NCBI GenBank assembly: GCA_000004985.1
Contig: GG738889.1
Strand: one strand, 5' to 3'
Length of the DNA: 64,000 bases
Source of the DNA: Naegleria gruberi
Lineage: Eukaryota
Below are positions 54,371 to 62,500 of the stretch, piece by piece; the first letter of the stretch is position 1, and every line of letters starts with the position of its first letter. Position numbers and translations under genes: made by a program. The notes beneath the pieces were generated by a model that ran no database searches, had not been told where the DNA came from, and saw nothing but the letters and a program-made list of their open reading frames with translations.

Positions 54371-55654
54371 TTATTTATATCTCAAGTTTAGTAGCATGTT
54401 TAGATGTCCTAAAAATACAGTGAATTCTGATTCACTTAGAGTTTGAGCTTTGGCCTTTCCACAGCTCTCTACATATTTACATTTTTCAAACGTGTCAATA
54501 TATTCCATCCAAATGTCATACACTTCAGGATTTTTAGTCATGTTGTGGTATTTAGATAAGACAATATCACAAATATATTGTCTTACTGTTACATTTGCTG
54601 GAAAATATAATTCTGGATCCTTTGATGCCACAGATCGTTCAATGAGCAGTGGAGAATACAGTACAAACTCACAAAATGAAAAGTAATTCCTCTGAATAAT
54701 CCTATACAAATCATCCATGTGTAAATTTACAATATTTTGCTCTGCCATAACAACAGTTCCAGTAGAAGAGTTTAAATTTCCCTTTGAAAGAGATGAAAAA
54801 TATTTTCCTCCATTGGCCATATTAAGTTGAGATGTTGATTGGGAGAGAATTTTAGTGGATGATGATTGAACAATACCAGTGGATGGTGGAATTGGTTGAG
54901 TGGATGGTGGTGGAGTAGTGATTGAGATTCCAACATTTGAAGGATTTCTAAATTCAAGTTCAATATTTTCCAAAGATGCTCCAGCAATGGTTGAAGAAGT
55001 TGGCTTCCTTTCCAATAATATACCCTTTCTCAATTCAGTTAAATCTGTAGATTGATGAGCAGCAACTCTTGAACTATTCAAAATTGAAATATTCGAAAGA
55101 GAACTTCCCATTGAATCTCTCACATTATTGTAGAATACATATCCTTCACATTGTGGATGATTGGTTGAACTGCTCACTACATATAAATGAGCAAAGTGAG
55201 GAAGAGCTTTCAATTGGAAAACAGGTGGTTTCCAATTTTGAAAAATTTCATTAGCTTGAATAGAATAGGCCTTTACCGAATTAGAAACTGTCCAATGTGA
55301 TGCTTTTGATTTGAAATATTCCTTATCAAATTCTCGGGGTTGTTTTTCTCTCTTTTGAAATTGATAAAATTTATATTTTCCTATTTAATTTTCGAATATA
55401 TTTAATGATAATATTATTCGAAACCTACTTTTTGAATTTCTCAAGATGGCACACGTAATTAAAATCAACAAGAATAATACAATAAACACCGAACCCATGA
55501 TGAGGATAATAGATGTATAATCGACTTGAGTAGTTGAAATGGCTTGGTTGATGGCCATTACAACTGGTTGTTGTTGGTCGATTAAATTATTCTCGTTATC
55601 ATTCAAATAGTCCGAAATGTATTCGAATGTGTGATGAAGAATATCCGAATCCAT
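54371..55654 (-). CDS. Hypothetical type II (signal-anchor) membrane protein, 2 exons (55654..55429 and 55380..54371; 48-nt intron)
   Basis: Exon 1 encodes MDSDILHH… followed by a single TM (IILIMGSVFIVLFLLILITCAIL). A GTAGGT…AAATAG intron of 48 nt (phase 1) joins it in frame to the 54371..55213 ORF (…AILRNSK|RKYKFYQFQKRE…). That ORF otherwise starts at a TTG. The total is about 411 aa. The luminal part is Ser/Thr/Pro-rich with a conserved-looking C-terminal block. Confidence 0.45.
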
Positions 55655-55834
55655 CCTATTTTTTTTTAAATTTTATTAAAATCCTAATAATAATTACTAC
55701 ATATTTAAATACGTTATACATTAAAGAGCTAATGAAACAATTATTGATAATTTTTGAAACCCACCTATTAAAGGAAATTTTATTACATATTTACAATTCA
55801 TTACAAAACTCAATATTTAAAAACAAATTAAAAA

Positions 55835-56401
55835 ATGCGATGCAAAGCTTCAAGTGAATCCCTAGAAGCGATCCAATCCTTCTTCATATCAAATTCCATC
55901 ATTCATAATAGTAATGAAATTAATCACCAACAACATGAATCAAAAAGTAACAAACAAAAGGAACAAGATTCAAATTCTTCATTGTTTGGAAACTTTTCCT
56001 TGATCGGAAGGGATGTATGGCAAGAGGTGATTATGAAATTTATTAATCCGATAGAATTGATGCATATGAGAAGAGTTTCAAGTGAATTTAATTTTTGGAT
56101 TGAATGTTTGGATGATGAATTGTATTGGAAAGAGTGCCAGATGAAGAATATGAGAGGAATGATCAAGGGAATGATCATTGATCCGATATCGGAAAAGTAT
56201 TTTCTCAGATATTGGAAAATATTGATGGAAAAAACACGGAATAATACTGATGAAAAGTTTTCCTATAGAAAAATTACCTTAGATATTTGCAAAGATTTAC
56301 AAATGGAAAGGAGGATTAATGTAAATTATAGAATTTATTTGAATAAGGGATTAATTGATGAGAAACATTTGAAAATTCCACAAAAGGATGAGTCAATTTA
56401 G
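55835..56401 (+). CDS. F-box protein
   Basis: The ORF starts at a real ATG. The F-box is VWQEVIMKFINPIELMHMRRVSSEFNFWIECLDDELYWKECQ. It ends at a TAG (56399..56401) that is in frame with the next ORF. Confidence 0.5.
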   Translation: MRCKASSESLEAIQSFFISNSIIHNSNEINHQQHESKSNKQKEQDSNSSLFGNFSLIGRDVWQEVIMKFINPIELMHMRRVSSEFNFWIECLDDELYWKECQMKNMRGMIKGMIIDPISEKYFLRYWKILMEKTRNNTDEKFSYRKITLDICKDLQMERRINVNYRIYLNKGLIDEKHLKIPQKDESI

Positions 56402-56404
56402 AAT

Positions 56405-57016
56405 GTGAGAACTGCTATTATTATTGAGGGAAAACTAGCAACAACAAATGCACTCTTGTTCACTTATCATGATGGCATATTTCCATATGATTACATTCCA
56501 ACTATTTTCTCTAATACAGATATTAAGGGATTGGTCCTCAAATCGGAGAGTTCACAAGCCAAGATTACATATTCCAATTTTCCAATGATGTGTTTCGAGA
56601 GTGTGAGTGCACATTTAACATTTTACAATAATGCAGTTGTTTTAATTTTTTTTAACAAGTTATTGAGATCGAGTTGGAATGAAGTTGCCCATTCTATCAT
56701 TCCTTCACTTTCTATAAAACCTGGATGTATTTATATTCTGATAGGACTAAATTGGGGTGCACTATCTCAGAATAGCTCAATGTATAATTTGAAGTATACA
56801 TGCGAGCATTATTCGGATGAATTTGTGGCAAATAGTGAAATTTTGGAATATATTCATGGAAAGAAGTTTCTTGCATATGTTGATTTGAAACCAAGAAGTG
56901 AGAAGGAAATATTTACATTTATGGATTCGATTGTTAAATTGGTCGTTATGAAAGATAAGGGATATAATTTATTTGAAAAGGATTTTCTTGCCAAAGTTGA
57001 CGATATTTCTCGATAG
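56405..57016 (+). CDS. Rho-family-derived pseudo-GTPase domain (no ATG; in frame with upstream F-box ORF across a single TAG)
   Basis: The 203 codons are open in an AT-rich genome. The residue immediately after the TAG is N, and the next codon, GTG (56405), occupies the position of the Rho initiator Met. Then comes [36 protein letters not shown], versus Rho/Rac (M)[38 protein letters not shown]. Later blocks are [17 protein letters not shown] (compare VFLICFSLVSPASFENV) and YILIGLNWG (compare ILVGTKLDL). The P-loop GxxxxGKT, DTAGQE and NKxD are all destroyed, so the domain cannot bind GTP. Confidence 0.5.
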   Translation: [203 protein letters not shown]

Positions 57017-57294
57017 TTTATCTTTTTAGAGACTTATGTTCCTGGCTTGACTCTAAACAAAGTTTATTTGACATGCTTCAGATATTCAAGTTCCCTCAAA
57101 TAAGAAATTAAACAAGATAGGGAATTCGTTTTTAGATATAGTCTTGGCTTCCCGTAAAGAAATCTGGATAAACACTTTGATATATTTCAGAATGAAAAGA
57201 TTCATTTCCTTAATATCACAACTCAGTTTTACAGTAATAAATTTAACAAATAAAGAGTTTGATTGTAAAGTTTTTTTGAATATTTTTGAAAAAA

Positions 57295-59262
57295 ATGGGA
57301 CAATCACTCCAGAGTCAATTAGTGAGCAGTTGCCAATCGGATCAAGTCGAATTGTGCAAAAGTATTCTCAATCAAGATTTAAATCTATTCAATTATGAAG
57401 ATGATAAGGTAAGTATTAGTGCCTGCCTTCGGAATTGGTTATTAATAATTAATACATTAAATAGTCGATGGTTTGTATTGAAACTCTAAATTAACGTTTA
57501 AACTTTGGATGAATATATTGAATAATATTGAATAATTGGAATATGAAGAATATATTATTGATGTGTGCCAAGTATGAATCGGTTGGAATTATCAAAATGT
57601 TATTTTCCGATTTTAAAACACAAGTGATGGCAATTATCGATAAGACTGATGTAGGTTTAACCTCTGTTGAAATTACGATTATATCATCATTATTGATTTT
57701 AATAGTGGCCTTCGAATTATGTAGGTTTATAAAATTGTTGAGGATTATTGGAAATATTGTTGTGATGAATGATGGAATTATTATATGAAATATTGGAAAA
57801 ATTAGACGGCTTTGCATTGGGCTTGTTATAATCAAAATTTGGAGATTGTGAAAATTCTGGTGGAGAATGGAGCCAACACAACACTTGAAAATGTAGGTTA
57901 TTGTTAAAGGTTATTTCAAAAACGAAACTTGAATAGGCGGATGGTCATAAAGCAATTGATTTGTGTGAGAAAAATTCATCAGTTTATTCATATTTAGCAA
58001 GTGATAGAGCTTCATTGTTTGATTGGATGAAAAAGACTCTTCAACCAAACAAGTACAATCATTCGAATTATAAACCATCGGGAAATGAGGACTATGTCAC
58101 AACAGATACTGATGATGGGTTAGTATTTATTTATTCGAATGTATTATTCACACATGTGAAATCTTAGTTTTGTGGAAATTGAAAAGGTGGAGGTTATTGA
58201 AACGGAGAAAACTCAACGAGAGGAATCAAAGCCACTCACAAGCAAATTACAAATTTTGGAAAATATTACAAAGAGCTTTGCCAAAACTTTTAAAATTGAA
58301 TCGACACTTTCACATGACATTACATCGAGTGTTAGATTTTCCAAAGTTAATGACATGGAATTAATGGATCCTATTGCCTCGGGAAGTGAAGGAAAGGTAT
58401 TCTATGGAAGGTGGAAAAAGCAATCAGTTGCCATCAAGGTCATTGAAGTGCCCTACCTCACTGAGGGGCTTGTGGAAAATTTAAATTTAATTCTCAACAT
58501 TTCACACAAGTATTGTGTCTCTCACCATTCATTTTCCTATGATGAGGAAAATTGTAAATTGTACATAATTATGGAACTTATGAATACCAACCTGTTCAAG
58601 TATATTTTCAGACAAAGGAAAGAATTGACTCTAAAAGAAAAGGTTCATGCATTACATAGTATTTCTATTGGAATGTTCTATTTGCACGATATGAATCCTC
58701 CTGGTAGGTTAGGAATTTCATTAGATTGTTAACAATATTATTTTACATAATATTGAAAATAGTTTTAAATTTGGATTTGAAATTGGAAAATATCTTGATT
58801 AATATTGGAAATGATGGAAGACCTTCAGATATCAAAATTTGCGACTTTGGATTGTCAATGTTTAAGAGCAAGGCAGAATTCATTAAATTGACAGATCCAG
58901 TGGGTACTTTGAGAGCCATTGCCCCAGAAATTCTTCATAATTTCACATGTTCTGAAAAATCAGATGTCTACTCATTTGGAATTTTAATGTATGAATTATT
59001 ATTCGGAAGAGTTGCTTATTATGACTATTTGGAAAATGCAAATGAAAATGATGGAGATGACTTGTTGTTGAATATTGTCAATAATCACAAACGACCAACT
59101 ATTCCATCTGACTATACAATGCCAACTCTCAATCAAGAACGAACAAGTGTGGAAACCTTAATAGATATGATGCAGAAATGTTGGGTGGAAGATCCAAAAC
59201 AACGACCAACCTTTGACCAAATTACTACAGAATTGGAAAAGATTGTTTTGCCGTGCAAATAA
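57295..59262 (+). CDS. Ankyrin-repeat protein kinase (TKL-like) with N-terminal MGxxxS myristoylation motif; 6 exons
   Basis: The exons are 57295..57408 (MGQSLQSQLVSS…NYEDDK|GTAAGT), ~57549..57650 (ANK-like NILLMCAKYESVGIIKMLF…; acceptor uncertain), 57806..57892 (TALHWACYNQNLEIVKILVENGANTTLEN), 57937..58118, 58168..58703 (GSEGKVFYG, AIKVI, …YLHDMNPP) and 58763..59262 (VLNLDLKLENILI, DFGLS, APE, stop). The introns are 43-140 nt with GTAAGT, GTAGGT or GTTAGT donors. All joins remove in-frame stops of the ORF-track pieces and preserve frame. The catalytic loop reads NLDLK instead of HRDLK. Confidence 0.62.
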
Positions 59263-59522
59263 TAATTCTATTACTGTGAGTGTGTTGAATGCAAAAAAGA
59301 AAGGTCAGAGGGTAGTGCATGATATGAAACTCATCACATTTTCTTATGAAGGCTTGGGTTGTTAAAGTTTGTCATCATTAAGTTTGGTCCTAAGATCGTC
59401 CTCCCAAAATTTTTCCCAAGCATCAACAAGAATAAACTTATGGTTGTGGCTTTTTTTAAAAATAATAATAAATTAATATTTTTCACACAACACTGTTTCG
59501 CAAAAATTTAAATTCAAGTTAT

Positions 59523-62500
59523 TTATTCTCTTTTAAATGTAATGGTGCCCATTGTTCTATCCAACATTTCAATTCTTTGGTCTTCATAGTCAGCACTACA
59601 CACAGATCTCAATTCATCTCTATGATCCAAAGTTGGCACAATACTCACCATTCTAGTAACATTTTGAACTTTGTATCTTCTAGAAATTATAATTAAGGCA
59701 ATAATGGAACTAACACAGACAAACAAGACGGCAACATAACCACCAATGACAGAACCAACAATAATACCAACCAAGTTGATATACGTAACTGGAATACTAC
59801 AATCCTCTCCAAGATAACCCAAATCGCATTTACAAACACCACTCAAACACTTGCCGTTCAATGAACAGAAGTTTGGACATACCAAAACTGCTGTGCATGA
59901 ACCATTATTGCTGCATGAATCTTGAGCAACGGCTGTAGCAGAAGCCATAGCATATTCAACCAAACCAGTTGACAAGACATCGAACATACATGATTCGTAG
60001 AATGATGCTGTCAATCCCAAACTATTACAAGCCTTTTCAGCCAAAGCTTGTAGAGTAGCATTTTCCGAAGAGGCCTTCATAATAGGCTTAAAGTCAAGAA
60101 CATTAAGGTCTTCATATTGAGATCCAACAGTATAAGTAAAGAAGGATTCATTCTTTGAAATTCTCCAACTTTCACCAAAAACTTGGTGAATTTGTTCAGC
60201 AGTAGGTGAAGGAAGAACAGTACCATCTCTCAATGTAAATTCATTGTCCTTATTTCCATCGAGTGTACCATACAAACCTCCAAGTTCAGTACCAGTAAAG
60301 TTAACATCCTTTGATGGAGCAAATGAAACAGCCAACCATCCAAGTCCATCATTTCTCAATTTGATTTGACCCTTGAAATCACCACTATACTTGACAGTAA
60401 TGGATTTGTAATAAAACTTCAAACCATTAACCATGTAATAACTTGATGTATCATCTTCTTGGGTAATTGTGGCACCTCCATTCAAAACAAGAATTGGGGT
60501 ATCTGGTTCCTTATACACAAGTTGTGATTCTGTGATATTGGCAACTTGGTTAGTGTCTGGATCGACTTGACCCTTAATTTGTTCTACTAACTTTTGAAGA
60601 TCCTTTGGAATTTCAAACTTGGTATCAGCTTCAACAGGTTGAACATTGACTTTTGTTTCATTGAGATAAACTTGAACATCATTGACAAGAACCTTAACAC
60701 CAGTCTTACCATCAGACAAGATTGAAACCTTATCCGATCCGCTCATGAATGAAATACCCTTCATACATGATGTCTTTGAATCTGCTGTACATTTCATCAA
60801 TCTACCTTGTAATCCCAATTCATTAGACTTGTACAAGTAGAATTCACCAATTGAATTGAATGTATATTCTGCAGCATCAACAGTTCTAAGGTGAATATCA
60901 CCAAAGGCCAAAACCTTATTGACCAAATCAAATATGTGAACAAGACTACAATCTGATCCTCCAAAACCTGGGAAACAAGCACAAGTATTTGGACCAACAC
61001 AAGTACCTCTTCCTCCACACCAATTTCTATGGACACAATGGAATGATGAACAGGTTTCAGTGTACCAACCCCATCTACAGACACATTCATTTGGTCCAAC
61101 ACATTTACCTCTCTTAGCACCACCACAACTTGATCTATTAGCACACAAATCAGTATCAATGACAGCAACACAATTAGATCCAGGAGGAACATAGGTAGCC
61201 TCTTCAATATAGACAGTTGCTTCCTTCTTGACTGGAAGAGTGACAATATTATTCTTACAATCATAAGTAGTTAGACCATCTGTGAAATTGGATGGTGAGA
61301 GATTTCTAGTTGGTGAACCATCAGTAAATTCAATCTTAACTTTCAATGGTCCCCATTTGACAAATCCAATGGAAACACTCAAAGTTGTGGAACCTTGCCA
61401 ATCGAGTCTTATCTTTTCAGGTGTACCAACAACACCAAGCCAATCAATGGAATATCTATAGATACCATAATCCATGTAAAGTGCTCTGTACCACCATTCA
61501 CCCCAATATTGCAATCTACCATTCAACTTTTCACTATATCCATTAGTACTATTCACTCTAGCTCTATCAATACCATTGGTAATGGCTGGAGTTGTAATTT
61601 CAAATCTCTTGAAATTCACAGATTCGTCACAAATGAAAGCATTCCATTCCTTAACATAGGCACACAAAATTGGATCGACCATGATCATAGTACTTGGAAT
61701 AATTCTAGCACCAGCTCTTCTGATTTTAGAAGGTACAGTAATATTTCTAGATAAAGTGCCGTCAGTATCAATAATAACTTCATGTCTATAAACATCAGAC
61801 AATGATGATTCCTTAGAAGCCAAACCAGCAAGTAAATACATAACGTTAGCATTGTGGAAATACATTCTATTGGTAACATAATCACCTTGATTCATTGAAG
61901 CCCAATCATCATTTCTAAGATCAATGGATGATAGCTTTCTTTCACAATTATCAACAAAATCAAAGAATTCCAAATCTTGAAGAAGTAAAGTATTACCATC
62001 ACGATGATATAAAACACCGATAAATGGATCATTTCTACTGTATGAAGGAAGTGATCTATAATATGGTGAGGATGGATTCTTGTAATCAGTTCCACATCTA
62101 TAACATTGACCATCATTACAATTATTTGGATTACCCTTATTTTGTGTAAAACCAATAAAGATGGCACCACTAACAACAATTGGACTCATAATGATATTAA
62201 GGACAGTATAACTAACTGGATTGTCTGCAAAGATACTTCCCTTCAAATTGAGTTTTCCTTGAACGTGGGAGTATTGACCATTTTGTCTATTCTTCCAAAT
62301 GTTCATATTCTCAAATACTGGTTCAGACCAAGGATTCTTATCAGTACCACAATTAGTTGAATCATACATTTCCATCTTTGGATTTGTGCATGTGTAAAAG
62401 TTTGGATACAACATCATACCATGTTGATTATTACTGTGGGCAGTGTTGTTAACAAATTGTCCCCAGTACCATCTATTAGGTCTAATATATGGAGTTTGAG

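Noticed and set aside
56380-56410. Possible 18-nt GT..AG micro-intron (GTCAATTTAGAATGTGAG) that would remove the TAG between the F-box and Rho-like ORFs
   Set aside because: It is far shorter than any other intron in the window (43 nt or more). It has a weak donor and no polypyrimidine tract. It is kept only as a remote possibility inside the fusion finding.
57144-57489. ORFs 57144..57398 and 57286..57489 as independent genes
   Set aside because: The second is exon 1 of the ANK-kinase, with its true ATG at 57295 and extended by a TTG alternative start in the ORF track. The first is an upstream out-of-frame ORF with no motif.
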